33,493 nucleotides of DNA from Coleofasciculus chthonoplastes F2-STO-03. Its GTDB lineage: Bacteria; Cyanobacteriota; Cyanobacteriia; Cyanobacteriales; Coleofasciculaceae. The stretch lies in the NCBI GenBank assembly GCA_040222015.1, contig JAVJWO010000194.1, forward strand, positions 1-33,493, given 5' to 3'. Shown here piece by piece: positions 25,901 through 33,493 of this stretch. The translations under genes were made by a program, and so were the position numbers. The stretch's first letter is position 1. Every line of letters begins with the position of its first letter. The notes under the pieces are model-generated. The model was not told the origin of the DNA and did not search any database. It saw only the letters and a program-made list of their open reading frames with translations.

Positions 25901-26716
25901 TAACAGATATCCCGTATTACTATCATCTCCATTCCCCCCTTTCGTCGGTGCGACTGAGTTATTCAATTTTGCCCGTTCTCGCCACCGCCCATCGGAGTCA
26001 AACACACCATGCCCATCAAAATGTACGATATCGATAGGCGGTTTATGTCGGTCTTCTAACCGTGCCACCAAATTATCTAAGGTTGCTGGACGCAGAAACT
26101 CCACCTCAACTCGTCCGGCTGCTTCTTGGTCAATCGCATCCAATACCGCCTGCGCTTCTCCGTATGGGTCAATGAATGCAGCATCGCTGGGACGACTCAC
26201 GATAAACAGCAAGCGCAATTTATCTTTTACCTGTACCTTAAACGGTTTCCGTCCACCCCCTGCACCTGCCAAACGGCGACGAATAGAAATCCGAGGATTG
26301 TCATGAACTAAATACGTGCCGTCGGGGTCGCGCAATAGTTCCCAAGGTAGGGATAAAATGGCGGGATGACTGGCAGTAATTGTTAGCAACCGTCCGGATT
26401 CATCCTCATCCTGGAACGCATTAAACAGTCGCTGGGCATGGCGGTTAACGAAAACAGCGTTAAATAAATCTGCGCCCCATTTGTGTAATTTTGCCTCAAT
26501 TCCCTTTGCCGTTTTATCATCCACGTCTGTGGTATATCGGCTGCCGTAGATTTCTAAATACCACTGGATGTCTTTTAGGTCTTCTTGACTCAGGGGTGAG
26601 ACAAAATCAAGTGTGTCAGTTTCGTTATCGTCAAATGTGACAATCACTTGATTAATTTTGGGAAAGCGCAGATTTAACTCCACTGTCACTGGGAATATCC
26701 TGAAGTTGGCGATCAA
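22910..26716 (-). CDS. CHAT (caspase-like) protease + STAND/NB-ARC-like NTPase + TPR protein; start may be GTG 26689
   Basis: LPWELL, VHFDGHG and VLSACQS (His/Cys dyad), Walker A GFGGQGKT, Walker B LVILDNLES, FHPLSI (GxP-like), and TPR units such as AAAWHQLGRVY and ADTWNQLAIL. Confidence 0.92.
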   Translation of the reverse strand: MIANFRIFPVTVELNLRFPKINQVIVTFDDNETDTLDFVSPLSQEDLKDIQWYLEIYGSRYTTDVDDKTAKGIEAKLHKWGADLFNAVFVNRHAQRLFNAFQDEDESGRLLTITASHPAILSLPWELLRDPDGTYLVHDNPRISIRRRLAGAGGGRKPFKVQVKDKLRLLFIVSRPSDAAFIDPYGEAQAVLDAIDQEAAGRVEVEFLRPATLDNLVARLEDRHKPPIDIVHFDGHGVFDSDGRWRERAKLNNSVAPTKGGNGDDSNTGYLLFEDKDGKQALISAETLADMLNRQKVGLIVLSACQSAAMGGEDKDDAMGCVAARLTHGGIPAVLAMTHSVLVRTTRQLFATFYRRLVSGEGIGEALDNARRDLYLNRERGERQRGDKRITLKLQDWFLPALYQAGKDTPFLRDLTPPAPLKSDGRGQGSIWSNIRPLQEAGFFGRSHELWQIERWFVQGTRRITISGFGGQGKTFLVEEAGRWLHRTGMFERVCFVDYAAFQGVDAVGWAVSTLATVLGKSLVDKLAANQALQETPTLVILDNLESLQPQPLRELLDVAKDWSEVGDCRVLLTTRMLDFHHPDYATEGSLRHRSLPLGGLAQEDALAYFQKLMEFPPAPQFDLPQREVLERLFKLVDFHPLSIGLLARQLKMRRPAELGERLEALVAQTPDNPLLASLNLSLERLDDEAQQLLPRLGVFQGGALESNLVIIAEFSQEQWQKLRPALEATGLIQPEIMPGFAVPYLKFHPTLSLTLWSQLSPVAQAKLLARHRQRYYKVSDYLYQKDIRNPQHIRTLTQKELPNLMYAVRGALDVGEEWAAEFVDCVNKFLYHFGLNRDREALSQVAIKMGEQVGSQTWLPKKINLGEELYRKGQYQQAEQVFSEIVVGLGDHPSYELCVALGRVGRCLTHQGKASKGVKLYHQGLEVANQLEESEGVKRQIGILQSELADAFYQIHRYDQAHIAYEVALTVAKEQKDARQIAIVEAQLRTVALLLGKIPEAEQRCHQAVKTFRQLNEPAMEAAAWHQLGRVYETLNQWDEAEQAYRESAQIKENQGDIAGAADTWNQLAILNKYAGKTENAESWYRKALNTYRKLGSKKDIFIVLNNLADLLQNQSNRLQEAHQLAEEALAISKTLDPASAEVWKTYTILANIADKQNETTQAQEYRHLSREAIARVETQYLLEKYRQLIAEVVATVDKEEVNKELKPGLEEIARRGGGNLVFAINRIFNGERDENILCEKLGGEDAAIINAILRGIADPETLKPLL

Positions 26717-26793
26717 TTTGATTGGATAGTTCCGCCGTTTTTTCGGGTGTAAAAATGGTAGTCATACTGGGTTTATTTCTCAATTGAAACCTT

Positions 26794-26854
26794 GGGGCGG
26801 GTTTATTCCCATCTGGGTGAGGGCATCAAAGATAGTCGTGAAACCCGCCCCTAC
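26794..26854. repeat. REP-like pair GGGGCGGGTTT...AAACCCGCCCCTAC
   Basis: 11-bp inverted repeat; same family at 6645-6706, ~11316-11379 and 29836-29891. Confidence 0.8.
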
Positions 26855-26895
26855 AGATACGCTATGCCTATCTAGCAATAGCGTTGGGCTAAAAT

Positions 26896-28500
26896 TTATC
26901 TGTCCGGTACTGTCCACCAGGCTAAGCCGTAGGGTTGGGATTCTTCATTTTCCTGTTGGCGATATTGAACCCGGATTTTATAGCGACCTGAAGCGGGAAC
27001 GGGACAGAATATATGTTCCACACTATCCACTTCACTTACAGAAGCGCAGGCACTTTTACGGGTATCATTTTCATCAAGAGGTATCAAATAAAGGTCGAGA
27101 TTATTCAAACCGCGATCGCGAAAATTTTCGCCGACATCATACACCTCATTTCCATTCTCATCTTTTAGCTCAACTAAGCGATCCCACGCTAGCGTCAACG
27201 CCACATAACTGTCTGCCTTTAAGGGTTTTTCTAAGACATAATCCTGAAACGATTTAGTCTTAACTGAACTATAATCCCAACCCACAGGCGGTACAGCCCC
27301 CGTTGAACTCCACTGACCGGGACTAAATTGTTGATAAGCCCGGAAAACATTCAGGTGTCCGGTTCCCGTTTGTATATCGAGGGGAATTTTGGCATCAAGA
27401 TAAGCATCCGATTCTAACCAGGTGTAATTATCTTTGCTCAACAGGGTGCGGTTCATTCCTAGATGCAACCCATCCCCCTCGTCTTGGATTTTGTCAGCGG
27501 AGTTAAGTAACACCGCTTTCATCACTTCATGGCGTCTAGCATCGGTAGTCCATTGGGGTTGATTGGCGTTGAGTTGGCGATCGCCAAATTCTTGAATTAG
27601 GGCGACTGAGGCGGTAATATGAGGCGCGGCGAAACTGGTCCCACTCACTTCGACAATTTTTCCATCCAGGTCGTAGACTAAAATACGACTTCCTGGTGCG
27701 ACTAAATTAATCGCACGGCGAGTTCCCTGGTTAATTTCCCGTTGAATTAAACGCCGACCAATTCCCTCTGGCAGATCACTCAAGTTGGCAAAGTCTACCT
27801 TGGCAAATTGTCCTTGCCTTTGGGTGGTATAGGCAGTGGTAATCCCGTTATAGTGATCGGTGGGAATGGGAATGCCACCTTTGCCTTGGTTGCCTGCAAT
27901 GACGTAGAGAACATCATGAGTCCGGGCTGACCAATCGATACATTTTGTTAACAGGGCATTGCCATCGAGCGCCGCTTGTGATCCTCTGGCATCTCGTTGC
28001 AGGGATTCACCAAAACTGAAGTTAATTGCCCGCACATCACCACTATTTTGCAGAGCAACATGCTGGGAGGACAGGCATTCTTCCGGCTGTCCACTGCGGA
28101 TTGGGGAACCGACAGCCGAAGCGTAGAGTCTGGCTCCTGGTGCGACTCCGGGTAAGGTTTTATCTTTACTCACCATAACCCCCGCCACCATTGCTGCATG
28201 GGTATCCACATCCGTATCGGCTTTCGCGGGTCGATCGCGATAAAAAACCCGCTCAAGTGCGATCGCGGGATTCCAAGATACGGCTTTATCAACGCCAAAT
28301 AAGCCCGGTCTACCGATTTCCACCTGACCAATGGCTATTTTATGCCCTCTCAAGTGGTAGGGGGAAGCATGGAGTCGCAACGCATCAATTCCGGCTTCTC
28401 CAATGGAAATTGGTGACGCTAAGATTGGGGTGGTCAGGGTAGAGAGTCCCACACCTCCAATCATCCATCCCAGTTTTTTGATCAGCGACCGCATAGCCAA
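26896..28500 (-). CDS. Secreted S8 subtilase, Glu-His-Ser type
   Basis: Signal-like N-terminus, IGQVEIG (Glu at the catalytic Asp position), DTHAAMVAG, AGN oxyanion motif, SGTSFAAPH. Confidence 0.88.
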   Translation of the reverse strand: MAMRSLIKKLGWMIGGVGLSTLTTPILASPISIGEAGIDALRLHASPYHLRGHKIAIGQVEIGRPGLFGVDKAVSWNPAIALERVFYRDRPAKADTDVDTHAAMVAGVMVSKDKTLPGVAPGARLYASAVGSPIRSGQPEECLSSQHVALQNSGDVRAINFSFGESLQRDARGSQAALDGNALLTKCIDWSARTHDVLYVIAGNQGKGGIPIPTDHYNGITTAYTTQRQGQFAKVDFANLSDLPEGIGRRLIQREINQGTRRAINLVAPGSRILVYDLDGKIVEVSGTSFAAPHITASVALIQEFGDRQLNANQPQWTTDARRHEVMKAVLLNSADKIQDEGDGLHLGMNRTLLSKDNYTWLESDAYLDAKIPLDIQTGTGHLNVFRAYQQFSPGQWSSTGAVPPVGWDYSSVKTKSFQDYVLEKPLKADSYVALTLAWDRLVELKDENGNEVYDVGENFRDRGLNNLDLYLIPLDENDTRKSACASVSEVDSVEHIFCPVPASGRYKIRVQYRQQENEESQPYGLAWWTVPDR

Positions 28501-28613
28501 GGCAGGTTCTCCTAACTTTAAAATAGTTGTGAGGGTATCGGGGTGGATTTAACCACTTCGTATTGCTACTAATGATAACGTTTCTACACGACCTGCCTTG
28601 CCGAGTTTTGAGT

Positions 28614-28676
28614 TGGGGCGTGGGGTGTGGGGTGTGGGGTTTGGGGTGTGGGGTGTGGGGTGTAGGGTGTAGGGTG
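28614..28676. repeat. Heptamer tandem repeat (TGGGGTG/TAGGGTG) x9, STRR type
   Basis: Read directly. Confidence 0.92.
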
Positions 28677-28865
28677 TAGTGCTTTCGAGAACCGCTATAA
28701 TACTCTGTCAAAGTGTCAAAGCTAGTTTGACAGTCAATTAAAGGTTGACAGACCACTAGATTTGTCGATTCAGTCAATTAGGTCACGTTTGGTTAGGGGA
28801 TTGTTAAAGACTTTGTTAGGATAAAACTTAACAAGAACAGAGGACTTAGGAGAGTATTGCCAGTT

Positions 28866-29573
28866 ATGACCCAAACGCAATCCCAAAAACCCATCGTCGT
28901 TGCCCCCTCCATTTTATCCGCCGATTTCAGCCGACTGGGGGAACAAGTGCAGGCAGTGGATGCTGCTGGTGCTGACTGGATTCACGTTGATGTGATGGAT
29001 GGGCGGTTTGTCCCCAATATCACCATCGGTCCTCTGATTGTCAAAGCGCTGCGTCCGGTTACTAAAAAGCCCCTGGATGTCCACTTGATGATTGTGGAAC
29101 CAGAAAAGTATGTCGAGGATTTTGCCGAAGCTGGGGCGGATATTATTTCGGTTCATGCCGAACATAACGCTTCCCCCCATTTGCACCGCACCCTGACTCA
29201 GATTCAAGAATTGGGTAAGCAAGCGGGTGTGGTTCTCAATCCCTCCACCCCGTTAGAGTTGATTGACTATGTGTTAGATGTCTGTGACTTGGTGTTGATT
29301 ATGAGTGTCAACCCTGGTTTTGGCGGTCAAAGCTTCATTCCTGGCGTACTTCCCAAAATTCGCAAGTTGCGTCAGATCTGCGATGAACGCGGACTCGATC
29401 CCTGGATTGAAGTGGATGGCGGACTCAAAGCCGACAACACCTGGCAAGTTTTGGAAGCAGGCGCTAACGCGATCGTTTCTGGTTCTGGTGTATTTAAGCA
29501 GGATGATTACGCCAAGGCGATTACCGGAATTCGCAATAGCAAGCGTCCCGAACCGGAATTAGCCACAGTTTAA
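28866..29573 (+). CDS. rpe: Ribulose-phosphate 3-epimerase
   Basis: [41 protein letters not shown]. Confidence 0.98.
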   Translation: MTQTQSQKPIVVAPSILSADFSRLGEQVQAVDAAGADWIHVDVMDGRFVPNITIGPLIVKALRPVTKKPLDVHLMIVEPEKYVEDFAEAGADIISVHAEHNASPHLHRTLTQIQELGKQAGVVLNPSTPLELIDYVLDVCDLVLIMSVNPGFGGQSFIPGVLPKIRKLRQICDERGLDPWIEVDGGLKADNTWQVLEAGANAIVSGSGVFKQDDYAKAITGIRNSKRPEPELATV

Positions 29574-29638
29574 AAAGGAAAAGGTGGAATGGTAAAATTC
29601 CCCGCTTTGATGTCAACTTAAGCTGAAAGCCAGAAAAA

Positions 29639-29820
29639 CTCATATCTTGCACCAGTCTCACCAACCGCCTTGGGTTTTAACCCAAGGAACCCAAGCGAAA
29701 GTCAGAATCGAGCTGACTGGATAAGAATTGTAGTCGTCTTTAGACGACTTGTGCTTTTAGCCAAGAACTTGAGTTCTTGGCTAGTGTCAAGGCTTACCGA
29801 CTCTCGGTGCAAGATATCAG
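29639..29820. mobile_element. 182-bp MITE with a 15-bp TIR and AAAAA flanks
   Basis: CTCATATCTTGCACC / GGTGCAAGATATCAG (14/15 match), AAAAA at 29634-29638 and 29821-29825, four internal hairpins. Confidence 0.8.
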
Positions 29821-29931
29821 AAAAACCGATTTGTCGGGGCGGGTTTTACCGATAAGGTTTAGCAACAACCGATAACGTCACTAACCCGCCCTGGTTGGGT
29901 TCATTTCTTAAACGCTTTTTCCCGATCAGCC

Positions 29932-30531
29932 ATGGAAGCCATAACCTTGCATGTTCCCACCACGGTAACTCTAACCGATGAGCAATTCTATCAGTTGTGC
30001 ATGGCAAATGAAGAACATCGGATGGAACTAACGGCTGAAGGAGACTTGATTATTATGCCGCCAACGGGTGGAGAAAGTGGGATTAGAAATTCGGATTTAA
30101 ATGCTGATTTGGTAATCTGGAACCGCCAGACTCGACTCGGTTATGTCTTTGACTCCTCGACTATTTTTAAATTACCCAATGGTGCTAAAAGATCGCCTGA
30201 TGTTTCTTGGGTGATTCGAGAACGATGGGAAGCGTTATCTCCGGACGATAGACGCCGATTTCCACCCCTGTGTCCAGACTTTGTGATTGAGTTGCGTTCT
30301 GAAACCGATAGCCTACCCCCCCTGCAACGCAAAATGGAGGAGTATCTTGCTAATGGTTTACGGTTAGGTTGGTTACTTGATCCCCAAACTCCGTTAGCAG
30401 AAATTTACCGTCCTGATCGAGAGGTGGAAACGTTGAATTTCTCCACTCAACAAATTTCTCCCTGTTTATCCGGAGAATCGGTACTTCCCGAATTTATTCT
30501 TGATTTGACTTCTATTTTCAATTTTGAGTGA
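29932..30531 (+). CDS. Uma2 (DUF820) family protein
   Basis: MPPTGGESG, FDSST.FKLPNGA.RSPD, PDFVIELRS, GWLLDP. Confidence 0.93.
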   Translation: MEAITLHVPTTVTLTDEQFYQLCMANEEHRMELTAEGDLIIMPPTGGESGIRNSDLNADLVIWNRQTRLGYVFDSSTIFKLPNGAKRSPDVSWVIRERWEALSPDDRRRFPPLCPDFVIELRSETDSLPPLQRKMEEYLANGLRLGWLLDPQTPLAEIYRPDREVETLNFSTQQISPCLSGESVLPEFILDLTSIFNFE

Positions 30532-30557
30532 ACCGATTTGAGTAATCGTACCAAATC

Positions 30558-30584
30558 CAAATGACAAATGACAAATGACAAATG
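30558..30584. repeat. (CAAATGA)n heptamer run whose last unit supplies the ATG of the next gene
   Basis: CAAATGACAAATGACAAATGACAAATG; reverse complement of the heptamer at 11951-11984. Confidence 0.85.
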
Positions 30585-31868
30585 TACCAAGTTCCTTATG
30601 GAAAAACCGTTCTAGACTTTGATTTACCGCCAGGGATGCGGGGGACATTAGCGGTGTCTGAAGCCGTCCAACCCCTGAGGGATGTTGAGGGTGCGATCGC
30701 GCAAACTCTCTCAACCCCGATTAATTCCCCACCCTTAGACAAATTAGCACATCCAGGCGATCGCGTTTGTATTGTGTTTACAGATATCACCCGCGATAGT
30801 CCCGATCAGGTATTGATTCCACCGATATTACACCAGTTGGAAAAAGCAGGGGTACGTGACCAAGATATTACCCTATTGTGCGGGATTGGAATGCATCGCC
30901 CTAGCACCATGGCGGAAAAGGTGACGAAGTTAGGACAAGCGGTAGTTGATCGGTATCGGGTGATTGACCATGAACCGCAAAACCCGGATCAGTTAGTAGA
31001 CTTAGGCGTAATTAACGGTATTCCTTTATCGGTTAATAAAGTAGCTTATCATGCCGATATCCTCATCGCGACTGGCATTGTCGAACCTCATCAATATGCT
31101 GGCTATTCGGGTGGGTGTAAAACCGTTGCTGTGGGTGCGGCTGGAGAACCCTTAATTGCCTATAGTCATAGTCCTGAGTTTATTGATAATCCCAACTGTC
31201 GCCTGGGTAAACTGGAGGGAAATCCGTTTCAGCAGGCGGTGACAGAAGCAGCGATGCGGGCGGGATTGGGATTTATTATTAATGTGGTTCTTGATGATCA
31301 AAAACAGATTGTTTCAGTATTAGCAGGAGAACCCATAGAAACCCATAAACAACTGGTCGAACAAGCAAAAAACTTTAATCAAGTCTCGATTTCTCAGCAG
31401 TACGATGTGGTAATTGGCGGGGTTGGGTTTCCCAAAGATGCTAACCTCTATCAAGCCAGTCGTGCAGCGAGTTATCTGTTTTTTGCCCCGACTCCGGTTG
31501 TGCATCCAGGGGGTTATTTTATTATCCCCGCCCAATGTCCAGAAGGCGTAGGTGAAGGAGTAGGAGAACAGCGTTTTCTAGCAGCGATGCGAGATATTCC
31601 TTCTGTACAACAGATTTTACAGGAAGGGCGTAAACATGGGTATCCACCGGGTCAACAACGTGCGTTTGTTATGGCAAAGGTTTTAGAACAGAATTCGGTG
31701 ATTATTGTTGGAAGTGATTATCCAGAGGTTGTGGAGGCGTGTAAAATGATTCCAGCCGCGACGATGGATGAGGCGTTAGCGAGGGTAGCTGCTGATTTGG
31801 GCAAGGAGTTGGATGTGTTAGTTGTTCCTCATGCGTTGCTGACGTTACCTGTAATCAATCATCAGTGA
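30582..31868 (+). CDS. larA: LarA-family nickel-pincer-dependent racemase/epimerase
   Basis: DITR, GIGMHR, EPHQYAGYSGGCK, NLYQA, CPEGVG motifs; substrate unknown. Confidence 0.85.
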   Translation: MYQVPYGKTVLDFDLPPGMRGTLAVSEAVQPLRDVEGAIAQTLSTPINSPPLDKLAHPGDRVCIVFTDITRDSPDQVLIPPILHQLEKAGVRDQDITLLCGIGMHRPSTMAEKVTKLGQAVVDRYRVIDHEPQNPDQLVDLGVINGIPLSVNKVAYHADILIATGIVEPHQYAGYSGGCKTVAVGAAGEPLIAYSHSPEFIDNPNCRLGKLEGNPFQQAVTEAAMRAGLGFIINVVLDDQKQIVSVLAGEPIETHKQLVEQAKNFNQVSISQQYDVVIGGVGFPKDANLYQASRAASYLFFAPTPVVHPGGYFIIPAQCPEGVGEGVGEQRFLAAMRDIPSVQQILQEGRKHGYPPGQQRAFVMAKVLEQNSVIIVGSDYPEVVEACKMIPAATMDEALARVAADLGKELDVLVVPHALLTLPVINHQ

Positions 31869-31897
31869 TTTATCTTAATAGACTAAGACATAAATTG

Positions 31898-32070
31898 TAG
31901 TGGACTGACACAACTAAAATTGTGGGATAGATTTGACGTTAAACCCTGAGCGAAGTCGAAGGGTTAAACCGGGCGCACACCGTGCGCCCCTACAATGCTA
32001 ATCCACCCATTAAGGTGTGCCACGACAGTAGGTTTGGTTTCGACTTCACTCAACCCAACGGAATGTAGGG
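31898..32070. repeat. Cluster of nested dispersed repeats between convergent genes
   Basis: MITE-like ends TAGTGGACTGACACAACTAAA ... TTAAGGTGTGCCACGACAGTA (31898-32030) enclose AACCCTGAGCGAAGTCGAAGGGTT and GGGCGCACACCGTGCGCCCCTAC; GGTTTCGACTTCACTCAACC follows. Confidence 0.65.
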
Positions 32071-32092
32071 CTAAGGTTCCCTGACTACAAAC

Positions 32093-33493
32093 TCAAGGAC
32101 AAGGTAATCCATTGGGCGTGTCTAGGGTAATCGTCCCGGATTGGTTCGCATCAAGGATATTTTGGGTTTCACTCAAAATTTCAAATATACTTAATGGTTG
32201 TGGATTTTGTGAATTTTGTGGGTCTTGAATTAAAGTGAAACCAGTATTGCTAGTATTATCACTTAAGTTTAAACAAAATGCAGACTTATTATCAGTTGTC
32301 ACTTTGACGCCAATAGAGTCGTTAGGAGTAGTTAATGTGTTCTCTAAAATATTGGCGAAAACTTTTGTTTCATCAAATAGCTGAAACTCAATACCTTGTT
32401 GAGCATTATTTTCAATGGTATTATTTTGAATGATTGCTTCCTGGATTTCTGCCGTGGAATTGGCAAATAATGGAAGATTCAATGAGCCAAGGCGAATGTC
32501 GATTCCTTCATCACCATTATTTCTAATTGTATTTCCCGAAATTGTAATATTTTCTAAGATGGTATTACCTTCAATACCAATGCCAATGCCGTCACCGCGA
32601 GTTGGATTGCTGCTGCCATTATTTTCTATTGTATTCCCCTCAATTGTCAAATTAACTGTGGGATTTCCAGTAATTGGGGGATTGTCTATAGAAATACCTA
32701 AACCTATCAGAATTGCATCTTCAAAGTTGCCAGAAACTACATTATCTGAAAGGGTTATATCCGCAGAAGCCGTACTATTATTTATCAAAATACCTTGTCC
32801 GCTTGGCAATGTCTCAATAATTACTCCAGGTAATACTTCTTCTGTATCAGCAGCCAAACCATCTGTTCCAGTAATGTTGTTCGCTATGATCTCAACGGTT
32901 CCCATAACATTTTCAATCATAATTCCCCGACCTGTCGGAAAATCAAAATTAATGCTCGCGTCAGGGTTTGGAACAGGAATGGTATCAAGAATTGTGTTCT
33001 CCTCTATAGTTACTTGTCCATCGGTATCTGCTAGATAAATTCCTTCATTAGTTGCCCCTTCAATGCGGTTATTTGCCAGGGTAACATTACCAAGATTGCT
33101 TCCGGAAATGCCGCTATCATCAGTATTCCGAATGTCAAATCCAGAAATCGCGATCGCGCCTTCTGGAGAATCCAATAGTTTAATTCCCTGATTGGCTTGA
33201 GTAATCTCGCTTCCTGCATTCGCGGAAATTGTAGCGGTTCCCTGGATATTCGTGGCGAGGATACCGTTACTGGCGGGATTTTCAATCGTAATTGTACTGT
33301 CGCTGATGTCGAAATTTCCGCTAACGGTGTCTAAAGAAATCCCTTCGGTTGCGGAATTGGTACTGGTGAGAGTGGTATTCGCGATCGCGCCATTATTAAT
33401 ATTACTCACTTCGACAACAGCACCCTCTGTACTTGACACGGTTACACCGGATAAATTAATCTCACCTGTACTTTCAGTTAGAGAAATTCCGGC
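32093..33493 (-). CDS. Right-handed parallel beta-helix repeat protein, C-terminal part; 5' end lies outside the window
   Basis: Frame is open to the window edge (AGISLTESTGEINLSGVTV...); repeated I.xN.I.xN...GI.I units; acidic and Asn/Thr/Ile-rich. Confidence 0.85.
   Translation of the reverse strand, partial: AGISLTESTGEINLSGVTVSSTEGAVVEVSNINNGAIANTTLTSTNSATEGISLDTVSGNFDISDSTITIENPASNGILATNIQGTATISANAGSEITQANQGIKLLDSPEGAIAISGFDIRNTDDSGISGSNLGNVTLANNRIEGATNEGIYLADTDGQVTIEENTILDTIPVPNPDASINFDFPTGRGIMIENVMGTVEIIANNITGTDGLAADTEEVLPGVIIETLPSGQGILINNSTASADITLSDNVVSGNFEDAILIGLGISIDNPPITGNPTVNLTIEGNTIENNGSSNPTRGDGIGIGIEGNTILENITISGNTIRNNGDEGIDIRLGSLNLPLFANSTAEIQEAIIQNNTIENNAQQGIEFQLFDETKVFANILENTLTTPNDSIGVKVTTDNKSAFCLNLSDNTSNTGFTLIQDPQNSQNPQPLSIFEILSETQNILDANQSGTITLDTPNGLPCP

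Noticed and set aside
28705..28750. Cluster of TGTCAA/TTGACA inverted motifs between the subtilase and rpe as an operator
   Set aside because: Could simply be divergent -35 elements; no second instance supports a specific site.
28385..28777. 130-aa ORF with a PTPHTPH repeat
   Set aside because: Translation of the heptamer repeat; it overlaps the subtilase start out of frame.
32430..33038. 202-aa plus-strand ORF and other antisense ORFs within long genes (e.g. 1370-1777, 9727-10095, 24859-25323, 25839-26306, 26784-27257)
   Set aside because: Shadow frames of well supported genes with no recognisable motifs.

Overview
Cyanobacterial chromosomal DNA, judged from many GCGATCGC (HIP1) sites, heptamer tandem repeats, REP-like palindromes and MITEs; the style suggests a filamentous, Coleofasciculus-like organism, which is inference only. 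From left to right the window holds: (i) two AAA_35-type ATPase genes, one ending in a TM helix plus 13 WD40 repeats and the other in four CyaB2-like GAF domains with no output domain, with a relic third gene start between them; (ii) an unannotated 46-aa AtpTheta-like ORF; (iii) a ~9 kb osmotic/general-stress cluster (holin-like, unannotated YqaE/Pmp3, lipid kinase, CsbD, TrkH/TrkA, DUF1206, glucosylglycerate phosphorylase, GpgS), in which four genes share a TCTATC-N4-GATAGA palindrome 22-23 nt before a -10-like hexamer; (iv) queF and a conserved hypothetical gene; (v) a tnpB-only IS200/IS605 element with an apparently rearranged RuvC site and a 48-nt in-frame double-hairpin insertion; (vi) phasin-like, Uma2, serpin, orphan DUF433 with a dead toxin, CHAT-STAND-TPR and Glu-His-Ser subtilase genes; (vii) rpe, Uma2, a LarA-family gene and a partial beta-helix gene. 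No CRISPR array, tRNA or rRNA was seen. All family assignments come from motif recognition by eye, not from database searches.
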